DNA from: Candidatus Thorarchaeota archaeon
GTDB taxonomy: Archaea > Asgardarchaeota > Thorarchaeia > Thorarchaeales > Thorarchaeaceae
Assembly (NCBI GenBank): GCA_003345545.1
Contig: PRDH01000066.1
Coordinates: 1 to 11,272 of the forward strand
Direction of reading: 5' to 3'
Length of the DNA: 11,272 bases
The notes beneath the pieces are model-generated. The model saw only the letters and a program-made list of their open reading frames with translations, was not told the origin of the DNA and did no database searches. The position numbers were made by a program, and so were the translations under genes. Of the stretch, positions 1-7,247 are shown piece by piece (position 1 is the first letter of the stretch; each line of letters begins with the position of its first letter).

Positions 1-847
1 TGGCATCTATGTGCATGCCTGTGATTTCATCAAGATTCGGCGTATGTTCATAGTTTCTCAGATACTGTACAATATTATCTGAAGGTTTCAGGGTTTCAAG
101 TCTTGACCTGATCAGCTTCGCATACCCTGGGTCGATTTCGACCACAATGGACTTTCTTTTCATTTGATTAGCAGTCACTGCAGTTGTTCCTGTTCCCGCC
201 ATGGGATCAAAGACCGTATCGTTGGGCAGGGATGACGTGAGAATGACTCTGAGGAGCAGTGCGATAGGTGTCTGCTGTTTGTGAATCCTATTGCCCCCCT
301 TGTCCCGGATGGCCTCCTCTCCTGCGAAATAGCCTGATGTCAGCTCTCTAATGTCCTCCCAGATGTCCGTGACATACATTCCAGATTCCCGTTGATGCTT
401 GTAGTTGGGCGGCAAAGGGGGGTCAATCCTCAGCTTATTGAATACCCGAGGTCTCTCCCCCTTTGTTACAAAGGCAATGACCTGGTATTGCTTTCCATAC
501 CGCATATTGGAGGGAATAGCAGAGGTCATCTTTCGCCAGATGATTAGATTCTGATAGTTCCAGCCTGACTCCCTGAGGACTTTGAGAAGTCGCTCAGTGT
601 TCTTCTCTCGATGCATGAGATAGAGTGCTCCGCCCTGCGTTGTCACATGATGAATCTCGCTCACTACCTCTTGTATCCAGCTCCAGTACTTCTCCGGGTC
701 CTGTGAATCATCAAAATAGCTGTAGTCCTTTCCCTGATTATAGGGTGGATCGAAAAAGGTCAGGTCCACATTCTTGACACGTCCTTCTCTGATGAAGTCC
801 AGGCAGTTTCCAAGCAAGACTTCATAGCTAGGATTGTTCTTGACCAC
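1..847 (-). CDS. Site-specific DNA methyltransferase, N4-cytosine/N6-adenine, beta class (partial, C-terminus beyond the left edge)
   Basis: Manual minus-strand translation from GTG at 847 (AGGGTGG upstream): VVKNNPSYEVLLGNCLDFIREGRVKNVDLTFFDPPYNQGKDY...NLIIWRK...VTDIWEDIRELTSG...HKQQTPIALLLRVILTSSLPNDTVFDPMAGTGTTAVTANQMKRKSIVVEIDPGY... The catalytic motif IV (DPPY) precedes the SAM-binding motif I (DPMAGTGTT), which is the beta order. The frame is open to position 2. Confidence 0.93.
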   Translation of the reverse strand, partial: MVKNNPSYEVLLGNCLDFIREGRVKNVDLTFFDPPYNQGKDYSYFDDSQDPEKYWSWIQEVVSEIHHVTTQGGALYLMHREKNTERLLKVLRESGWNYQNLIIWRKMTSAIPSNMRYGKQYQVIAFVTKGERPRVFNKLRIDPPLPPNYKHQRESGMYVTDIWEDIRELTSGYFAGEEAIRDKGGNRIHKQQTPIALLLRVILTSSLPNDTVFDPMAGTGTTAVTANQMKRKSIVVEIDPGYAKLIRSRLETLKPSDNIVQYLRNYEHTPNLDEITGMHIDA

Positions 848-1020
848 AGCATTCCACCCTAATCGAGGAAGCACCAGCTCTATATCATAGTGACATATGC
901 TGGCTTCTATGTATTCTGTTTTATAGCCGGCTCTTGATACTCATGCATTGCTCTGTTGACAATCATTAACTGGTACGCGACAAATCAAATACCGACATTG
1001 CTCGAGGAAGCGAGTTGTGA

Positions 1021-1746
1021 TTGAATCTAGGACACATCCTCTCTAAGGCATCAACTGCGGCGGCCGCTGTTGTTCTCTATCTGCCAGTCATTGCTGGGAT
1101 CATCACGCCCATGCTGTGGATTCTGCCGGCATGGTATGTATCTTGGTACCTCCTGTCGTATATCGTTCCTTTCTCGAACACATGGTCGGGCGTCTTCACA
1201 GTTTCATGGGACCCTGTTTCCGACTCTCCCAACGCCATGGTTGTAGTCGCTTTTTGGCTCTTTGGACTAGCAACATTCATGGTGGGCTTTGGACTCTTTG
1301 TCTACGCCTTGGCAACGATGGTCCGCTCTCGTTCTTCTATGAGCGGACTCGTCACATCAGGTCCCTATAGATGGATTCGGCATCCTCAGCATCTTGGCAT
1401 CATCCTCATGCTCTTCCTTCTTGCATTCCATATTGATGGCTTCGATTCTGTCGATATCCGCCTGGGTAACCTAGTTTCACTCTCTTCACTTGTCCTTCTT
1501 CTGGTTCTAGTAGCAGATATCGAGGAAATTGGTCTATCCAAGAAGTCTGGTGATGATTTCTTGAACTACTGCGTGAAGACTCCCTTCATGCTGCCGCTCC
1601 GAGTTCCGAGTTCGATGAAAGCGAAACTACCGGCTGTTCTCCACCGCAGGTCTGTCCGGTATCTATTGGCATTCCTGTTCTTCTGGTCTATGATGGCCCT
1701 GCTGTCGTATGCCTTCACGTTCCTGCCCCTCTTCTATGTACGATGA
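1021..1746 (+). CDS. Isoprenylcysteine carboxyl methyltransferase / PEMT-like integral membrane methyltransferase family protein
   Basis: Several hydrophobic segments and the family signature LVTSGPYRWIRHPQHLG ... IEE ... Y...TPF. TTG start. Confidence 0.8.
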   Translation: MNLGHILSKASTAAAAVVLYLPVIAGIITPMLWILPAWYVSWYLLSYIVPFSNTWSGVFTVSWDPVSDSPNAMVVVAFWLFGLATFMVGFGLFVYALATMVRSRSSMSGLVTSGPYRWIRHPQHLGIILMLFLLAFHIDGFDSVDIRLGNLVSLSSLVLLLVLVADIEEIGLSKKSGDDFLNYCVKTPFMLPLRVPSSMKAKLPAVLHRRSVRYLLAFLFFWSMMALLSYAFTFLPLFYVR

Positions 1747-1853
1747 AACAACTGCTAGCAGAGAGGATTCGGCATCATTCTTCAGGATTTGCAAGGGCTA
1801 TCACCAGATTGACGTATACTGTACTCATGGTGCACTAAATCGATAATGTAAAA

Positions 1854-1871
1854 TTATATAACACATTGTTA
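1854..1871 (+). promoter_or_regulatory. Putative archaeal TATA box with an overlapping inverted repeat, upstream of the wHTH gene
   Basis: TTATATAA at 1854-1861 preceded by an A-run. TAACA-cat-TGTTA inverted repeat at 1859-1871. Confidence 0.45.
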
Positions 1872-1903
1872 CGCAATCATGTATTAGTTGGCGAAGTCTA
1901 ACT

Positions 1904-2284
1904 ATGATTTTGGGTGAAACAACTCATCTTAAAACAACCGAACCCTTGACTGAGATATTCTCTCAACTTGGGCGTGCCTGTTCAATACCTCTCATTTTCG
2001 CGCTTGGTGAGCGTTCGTACAATATCGATGTTCGCGAGCTTCAGGAGAGCATTGATTCGAGTGGTGGCAGGAAACTCAATGAGTCGACCATCTCGAGATG
2101 CCTCAGTGATCTCGTCGAAATTGGTCTTGTTGAGGGGACTATGCGTGCACACTCTGCTCCAGTAGCAGAGTACTGTCTGACGTCTACAGGTCAACAGATC
2201 TATAGGCACCTCCTCCAGATACGTCATCTAGCTGAAAGAGCTAACAATGAGGAAACCTTGCTTGACAGCATGTCGGCCTGCTAG
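1904..2284 (+). CDS. Winged helix-turn-helix transcriptional regulator (HxlR/ArsR-like)
   Basis: Pattern VRELQESI...LNESTISRCLSDLVEIGLVE...VAEYCLTSTGQQI matches an HxlR-type HTH, wing and YxLTxxG. Confidence 0.85.
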   Translation: MILGETTHLKTTEPLTEIFSQLGRACSIPLIFALGERSYNIDVRELQESIDSSGGRKLNESTISRCLSDLVEIGLVEGTMRAHSAPVAEYCLTSTGQQIYRHLLQIRHLAERANNEETLLDSMSAC

Positions 2285-2304
2285 GAGGTCTTTCCAGACC
2301 GTCT

Positions 2305-2343
2305 GATTCAGGGTCCCTCAAGGATCCTGTAATCCCACTTTTT
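2305..2343 (+). terminator. Possible terminator (hairpin plus T tract) after the wHTH gene
   Basis: GATT-CAGGGTCC-ctcaa-GGATCCTG-t-AATC stem (one G.U pair, one bulge) at 2305-2334, followed by TTTTT at 2339-2343. Confidence 0.4.
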
Positions 2344-2417
2344 CTATGAGCCATTTTTCCATTGCTTCAGATTCCCACAGCCTGAGCAATATGTAATAAC
2401 TGAGAACGACGCAATTG

Positions 2418-2465
2418 TTTATTTGACAACTATACGTATAGTACAGGACGCACCATTGCGTCCTG
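2418..2465 (+). promoter_or_regulatory. Putative promoter/operator and leader hairpin of the ATP-cone gene
   Basis: TATA-like TTTATTTG at 2418-2425; perfect 14-bp palindrome ACTATACGTATAGT at 2429-2442; perfect 9-bp stem CAGGACGCA-ccat-TGCGTCCTG at 2444-2465. Confidence 0.5.
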
Positions 2466-2492
2466 CGAAGAAGTGTGAGAAAGGGAATTCAT

Positions 2493-2741
2493 ATGCAAAT
2501 CAAGAAGAGAGATGGTACACTCGAGCCATATATGCCAGAGAAGGTAGTAGTCGCCGTAGTGAAGTGCGGTGCTCCGTATCAGACTGCACGTGACATTGCT
2601 GCCTCGCTGTCAAAAAGACCCGAGAGCGTCATGAATGCCACTGATGTCAAAACATACATCCTGACCGAACTCCGTTCGAAAGGTGCAGCGAAGGCTGCTG
2701 ATAATTGGGAAGCCTACGACCGCAAGCACAAGAAGAAGTAA
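2493..2741 (+). CDS. Stand-alone ATP-cone domain protein
   Basis: MQIKKRDGTLEPYMPEKV matches the ATP-cone N-terminal signature (VxKRDGxxExFxxxKI); C-terminal AADNWEAYDR. ATG at 2493 preferred over GTG at 2475 because the domain begins there. Confidence 0.88.
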   Translation: MQIKKRDGTLEPYMPEKVVVAVVKCGAPYQTARDIAASLSKRPESVMNATDVKTYILTELRSKGAAKAADNWEAYDRKHKKK

Positions 2742-2992
2742 GTTCTCGAAGAAGGGCTCCATCCACTGGTTTGATACCTTGCATTAGAAACTCGTCATCA
2801 TTGAAGTGAGCTTTGATCATCAAACCGCTTGCCTAGATGACACTCTATCTGACGGAGCTGCACCTTGATAATAGCGTATTTCATGATGCCCCTGTCTGAG
2901 AGTCATCACTGATACATGAAGTTGAAATATCTGCTCTGCTTCATTACAGAGAGGGTCCTCAACGACATCACAGGGTCGGTGCGACAAGGCAC

Positions 2993-3727
2993 ATGAAGAC
3001 AATCGACTACGACTCCGTTTCAAAGGTCTATGATGAGGTCCGTACAGGCGACCCAGAGATGGTGCAACATATTCTGGAGGGCATCACTCTCACTCATGAC
3101 TCAAAAGTGCTTGACGTTGGCTGTGGCACTGGAAACAACACTTTACTCCTTCAAGCTGCGACTTCCTCTAAGTTGATAGGACTGGACATCTCACGTGGCA
3201 TGCTCCAGAAGGCCCGACAGAAGACAGACCTGATTCAGCTTGTCCAGTCTCCCGCAGAATCAATCCCCTTTGCAGACCAGTCCTTTCGTCTTGTGTATAT
3301 GACCGAGGTCCTGCATCACATTCGTGACATCAGGGCTGCACTTCGAGAACTACATAGGATTCTCGAACCGGAGGGTTCCATCTGCATTGTTACACAGTCA
3401 CATCGACAGATAGAGGAACGAATGACTTCACGGTTCTTCCCGGCTTCCGCAAAGGTGGACAAGGAGAGATATCCTGACATCAATGTCATTGAAGGTGTCC
3501 TAACGGCATCGGGCTTTAGTGATGTGCAACCGGTTTCTCTCTCGTTCAGACCAGTGAGGCTTGGCAATGATTATCTTCTCACAGTTACGGGGCGTGGCTA
3601 CTCGATGCTTCACAAGATCAGTAAGAATGACTTTGAGTGGGGCCTGAAGAGACTGAGAGCTGCGTATGATGCAGGTGAGGAACTGATCTATTCAGCAGGC
3701 TACACCTTTGTCTGGGCAAAGAAGTGA
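2993..3727 (+). CDS. Class I SAM-dependent methyltransferase (Methyltransf_11/UbiE-like)
   Basis: Motif I VLDVGCGTG, GLDISRGML, AESIPFADQSF, VLHH, ILEPEG. Confidence 0.93.
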   Translation: MKTIDYDSVSKVYDEVRTGDPEMVQHILEGITLTHDSKVLDVGCGTGNNTLLLQAATSSKLIGLDISRGMLQKARQKTDLIQLVQSPAESIPFADQSFRLVYMTEVLHHIRDIRAALRELHRILEPEGSICIVTQSHRQIEERMTSRFFPASAKVDKERYPDINVIEGVLTASGFSDVQPVSLSFRPVRLGNDYLLTVTGRGYSMLHKISKNDFEWGLKRLRAAYDAGEELIYSAGYTFVWAKK

Positions 3728-3730
3728 GCG

Positions 3731-4087
3731 CTACTCCACGACTAGATTGATCGTGCATCGGCTCTCTAACTTTGATCTGAACGACTCCTCAATGACCAGA
3801 GTTGTCTGTCCAGGTTTCAATGCCTTGAAGAACCACTTTCCCCTCTCTGCATCTCCGCCAGTCCATCCTGGCTTCTTCATGTGCTCCGGATGCAGGTATT
3901 CCATCTCTGTCTTCTCGTGAGATATGATTGAGGGGTCTCCAATTGTGAACTGCGCCTCTTCGCCGACCGATTCATGTCGATGATACTGATAGTAAAACCT
4001 GTCCCCAACAGAGAATTCGAGCACACCATCATCTCCTGCGCACAGTATTCTTGGAATATCATCTCTCTCAGGTTTCGTCAGAGTCAC
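3731..4087 (-). CDS. Chagasin/I42 peptidase-inhibitor-like beta-sandwich protein
   Basis: Beta-rich 118 aa with VGDRF..., TGGD...WFFKALKPGQTTLVI and terminal TINLVVE, similar to the I42 consensus (GxGG...FxAxxxGxxxL...FxVxV). GTG start overlaps the upstream stop (GTGA). Confidence 0.6.
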   Translation of the reverse strand: MTLTKPERDDIPRILCAGDDGVLEFSVGDRFYYQYHRHESVGEEAQFTIGDPSIISHEKTEMEYLHPEHMKKPGWTGGDAERGKWFFKALKPGQTTLVIEESFRSKLESRCTINLVVE

Positions 4088-4842
4088 TCTCCTAGCCTGC
4101 GTACAATCGGTTTCTTGTTCCGATAGCCCCGCACCACCATGAAGGCAACGACAAGTCCGACAATGGCTCCTATGGCAATGATGAGAATCGTTGTTAACTG
4201 TATCTCTGTGCCAATGACTGTTGGCATGCCTGCATGCCAGTTCACGAGGACTACGTCTATCAGATCTGTGCCTAAGACGGCATATTGCTGCCTGAAGTAG
4301 TTCAGAGTTCCATTCTGCTTCTCATACAGCGACTCAAAATGGTAGGAAATCACACTCTCATCTGCTGTTTGAAACGATCCTATGGATATCGTGCCCCACT
4401 CATCCTCAGTATTGACGAGTGTCACTCCCTCGAGTCCCGTGATGTTGGCAATACCAGTCAGGAAGTCCCAGTCCCCTATTGGCACTGCGAACTCAGTCCG
4501 TCCAGTCGAGATAGCAACCGAGTCACTTGCTCTCTCAAAGTCACAGTGTGCCAGAGGCATCTGCGTTGACTCGTTTATGAGGCTTGGAATACTCTCTATC
4601 TGGGTAATCCTCATTGTCATCTTTTCGCCGACTACAAAGCCGGATATGAAGGGGAGGCTTCCTCCCGCGACCGCCAGATAACTCGGGTCGCCGACGTATG
4701 CCTTTTGCAGTACGTAGGTGAACTCCTCGCCCACACCCACTCCCCACTCAAGAGAATTGTTGGATTGCCCAATGACTGATACTGGCATAGCCAAATCAAT
4801 GACAACAAGCAGCATCAGAATCGTGACGGGTTTCAATCTCAA
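4084..4842 (-). CDS. Secreted, C-terminally membrane-anchored hypothetical protein
   Basis: Signal-like LRLKPVTILMLLVVI, then LEWGVGVGEEFTY, an acidic ectodomain, a C-terminal TM helix (ILIIAIGAIVGLVVAFMVV) and a basic tail. Start moved from 4896 to TTG at 4842, which has GGTGA 7 nt upstream. Confidence 0.8.
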   Translation of the reverse strand: MRLKPVTILMLLVVIDLAMPVSVIGQSNNSLEWGVGVGEEFTYVLQKAYVGDPSYLAVAGGSLPFISGFVVGEKMTMRITQIESIPSLINESTQMPLAHCDFERASDSVAISTGRTEFAVPIGDWDFLTGIANITGLEGVTLVNTEDEWGTISIGSFQTADESVISYHFESLYEKQNGTLNYFRQQYAVLGTDLIDVVLVNWHAGMPTVIGTEIQLTTILIIAIGAIVGLVVAFMVVRGYRNKKPIVRRLGE

Positions 4843-4909
4843 GGAGTATTCACCGTGGGTCTTCGGAGTTGCTTCGGGGATAATGAAGATATTCATACCT
4901 TCATGCGAT

Positions 4910-5662
4910 TCAGAGAATTTCGAGAAGGTCTGCTATGTCTTCTATGACAACGCAGTCTACGGGGATCTTCTCAAGCTTGGCAGCATCGCACGATGACAGA
5001 AGAATTGGCACCATTCCTGCTCTCTGAGCCGCAACGAGATCGGTATCGATAGTGTCCCCAACAAAGGCGCACCTTCGCGGATTGAGGTCGAACTTGGCTG
5101 CTATTCGCAGGAGCATGTAAGGTGAAGGTTTGGCATAGCCGGGTACATTGCTGAACTCGATGGCATCGAACAGATGAATGATCGAGTCCAGCTCCAGCCG
5201 CTTGGCGGGACTCCCGTATCTGTTCGAAGCGATTCCCAGTCTGAAATCTTTGTCATGTAAGGTCTCGAGAACGGACTTGACGCCCTCAAACAGCATTGGG
5301 TGACTATCTCCATAGACCTCGCCGCATCTAGCCCCCAAGGCCATCGCCACATTATCGAGGTCTTCTGTGACTCCCAAGGCAGACAGCAGGCGTCTATCAT
5401 ACTCAAGCCAAACATCGGTCGTCGGTTCCCAGTCTGAAGGGACGTTGTTCTCGACCATGTAGTTCCAGAGCCACTCAGTCGGCTCTATGAGGGCTCTATT
5501 GATGTGAGCATCCGAGTGTGCTACGGGATTCAGGATGCGCCTGTCGTTCATGAATTCCCTTGTCAGTTGGCAGAGGTCCGCCTCCGGATTGTAGAGTGTG
5601 CCTCCAAGGTCGAAGATAATGGCTCTGATTCCGTCGATTCTCATTGTAGGCATTGGCGTCAC
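4910..5662 (-). CDS. HAD-superfamily hydrolase (subfamily IA)
   Basis: Motif I IIFDLGGTLY, motif II GIASN, motif III AKPSP, motif IV FVGDTIDTDLVAAQRAGM. The start could also be ATG 5653 or 5644. Confidence 0.92.
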   Translation of the reverse strand: MTPMPTMRIDGIRAIIFDLGGTLYNPEADLCQLTREFMNDRRILNPVAHSDAHINRALIEPTEWLWNYMVENNVPSDWEPTTDVWLEYDRRLLSALGVTEDLDNVAMALGARCGEVYGDSHPMLFEGVKSVLETLHDKDFRLGIASNRYGSPAKRLELDSIIHLFDAIEFSNVPGYAKPSPYMLLRIAAKFDLNPRRCAFVGDTIDTDLVAAQRAGMVPILLSSCDAAKLEKIPVDCVVIEDIADLLEIL

Positions 5663-5738
5663 ATTGGAATACTTGTATCCTTCGTAGACGGCATCTCAAG
5701 CCTTTTGTGTGATGCTGATAGCATAGGACCTGATTGCC

Positions 5739-6881
5739 ATGGAGAATATGGACGTCGCGCTCAAGGCTGTGGACCTGCATCTGAAGGCGAATCCAGATGA
5801 TGCCACAGCATGGAATGCGAAGGGAGTCATCCATGCGCAGAAGCATGAGTGGGGAGAGGCGCTCCGGAGTCTCGATCAGGCGCTACGCCTCGACCCGAAT
5901 CTTGCCCGTGCCCATTCCAATAGGGGGCGTGTGCTCCTCTCAATCGGGCCGGACAAGGCTAGCGAGGCTCTGAAGTCTTTCAACAATGCTCTTCAGCTGC
6001 TGCCAGACGACCTCCAAACGCTTCGCGACAAGGCGGTTTCTCTGAGAGCCCTTGGTCGTGCAGAAGAGGAGCTGGACTGCTACAGGAAGATAAGTGAGGC
6101 TTCAAGGAATGAATGGGAAGTCTGGCTTCGGATGGGAGACCTGCAGCTGGAGCTGGGTGATTTCAAGGCCGCTGACTCAAGCTACAAGACCGCGCTGGCA
6201 CTCAAGGAGGACCTTGTGCCGGCCTTCATCAGAAGGGCTATTGCGCTGGCAATGATGGAGAGCTACACTGATGCATTGAAGTCTGCGGAGACCGCGACAA
6301 AACTTGCTCCTGAGAATGCAGAGGCATGGCTCATCCAGGGCGATGTCAACCTGCGTGCAGGAAGGCACAAGTCTGCGTTCAAGTCCCTGAAGAAGGCATC
6401 TGAGCTCGATCCGACCAACGCGAGCATTGAGAACACAATGGGGATGGTCGCCTACAAGGATGGCAGGCTGGATGAGGCAGTGATACACCTCCGTAGAGCG
6501 CTCGTACGCCAGAGGCGTTACCCCAGTGCTATGCGCAATCTTGCCTTCATTCTGATGGAGCAGGAAGAGTGGAACGAGGCAAATAGAGTCTTCACAGATC
6601 TTACGGCGCTGGTCAAGGATGATCCCGATCTCTTCGATGCCAAAGCTACTGCCCTTGCACGGCTTGATGATTTCTGTAGTGCAGAAGAGGCGTGGGAGAA
6701 GGCTCGCAAGCTCTACAAGGCGAAGGGAGATGAGCGCGAGGCCGAACGGGTCACGGTCCTTGGAAGAGCGGCGCGGATCAACTGTGGTAAGTTGAAGAAG
6801 GCAGCAAAGGCACAACGTGAGGATGAGAAGCTCACCCGTCGTCTCTCAAGTCGTCATGAGTTCAGAAGAAAGGAGCGTTGA
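5739..6881 (+). CDS. Tetratricopeptide repeat protein
   Basis: Tandem ~34-aa units (AWNAKGVI...EALRSLDQALRLDP; AHSNRGRVL...ALQLLP; AWLIQGDV...ASELDP) and a basic C-terminal tail. Confidence 0.92.
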   Translation: MENMDVALKAVDLHLKANPDDATAWNAKGVIHAQKHEWGEALRSLDQALRLDPNLARAHSNRGRVLLSIGPDKASEALKSFNNALQLLPDDLQTLRDKAVSLRALGRAEEELDCYRKISEASRNEWEVWLRMGDLQLELGDFKAADSSYKTALALKEDLVPAFIRRAIALAMMESYTDALKSAETATKLAPENAEAWLIQGDVNLRAGRHKSAFKSLKKASELDPTNASIENTMGMVAYKDGRLDEAVIHLRRALVRQRRYPSAMRNLAFILMEQEEWNEANRVFTDLTALVKDDPDLFDAKATALARLDDFCSAEEAWEKARKLYKAKGDEREAERVTVLGRAARINCGKLKKAAKAQREDEKLTRRLSSRHEFRRKER

Positions 6882-6883
6882 TC

Positions 6884-7201
6884 TCATTGAGGCTCGGAAT
6901 CGAGTCGACCTACCGAATCGGTGGAAGCACCATAGGTCTCCATCCTTGTTATCAGATTATCTAATCTCATCTGTGCCTCAATGTACTCGGGATTGATAGC
7001 AATGGACCTCCTATAGGCATTATAGGCCTCAAGATAGTGCCCACCTCTCTCGAGTAGTCTGCCATAGTAACACCAGCCCTCGAAGTCCTCGGGTCTACCC
7101 ACGAGGAGTTCTCCTATCGTATGCGTGACAAGTCGCGGAATCACACTGATGAAGACCAGTGCAACAATGCCGGCAATGACCAGTGGAATCACGAGACTCA
7201 T
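6884..7201 (-). CDS. Small membrane-anchored TPR protein
   Basis: N-terminal hydrophobic helix (LVIPLVIAGIVALVFISVI) followed by one TPR unit (GWCYYGRLL...EAYNAYRRSIAINPEY). Confidence 0.78.
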   Translation of the reverse strand: MSLVIPLVIAGIVALVFISVIPRLVTHTIGELLVGRPEDFEGWCYYGRLLERGGHYLEAYNAYRRSIAINPEYIEAQMRLDNLITRMETYGASTDSVGRLDSEPQ

Positions 7202-7247
7202 GCAGATACCTTTACTCTCTTCCTATTGAACAATCGGTTGTGGTCTC

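Noticed and set aside
953-978. CTGTTGACAATCATTAACTGGTACGC resembles pieces of the E. coli trp promoter
   Set aside because: The -35/-10 spacing is collapsed, the context is archaeal and there is no other vector-like sequence; treated as coincidence.
863-1011. 10-bp direct repeat TCGAGGAAGC at 863-872 and 1002-1011
   Set aside because: Short, only two copies, and not bounding any recognisable element.
2795-2912. Several TGATGA (minus strand) and CTGA (plus strand) words suggesting a C/D box sRNA
   Set aside because: Canonical C and D boxes fall on opposite strands, and the same-strand variants have unsuitable guide spacing.
2837-2992. ATG at 2837 is in frame with the methyltransferase at 2993, interrupted by a single TGA (2897-2899): possible selenocysteine or readthrough extension
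   Set aside because: The extension has no recognisable domain or redox motif, I found no SECIS-like core, and the methyltransferase is complete from 2993.
2820-3023. 67-aa minus-strand ORF in the intergenic gap
   Set aside because: It overlaps the methyltransferase start, has a TTG start and shows no recognisable motif.
4910-5662. HAD motif I reads DLGGT rather than DxDGT
   Set aside because: Loss of the second Asp is a common variant in HAD subfamily IA and is not evidence of a pseudogene.
6177-6815. 212-aa antisense ORF, and similar ones at 7644-8153, 8679-9032 and 10307-10879
   Set aside because: These are shadow frames opposite well-supported genes and have no domain features.
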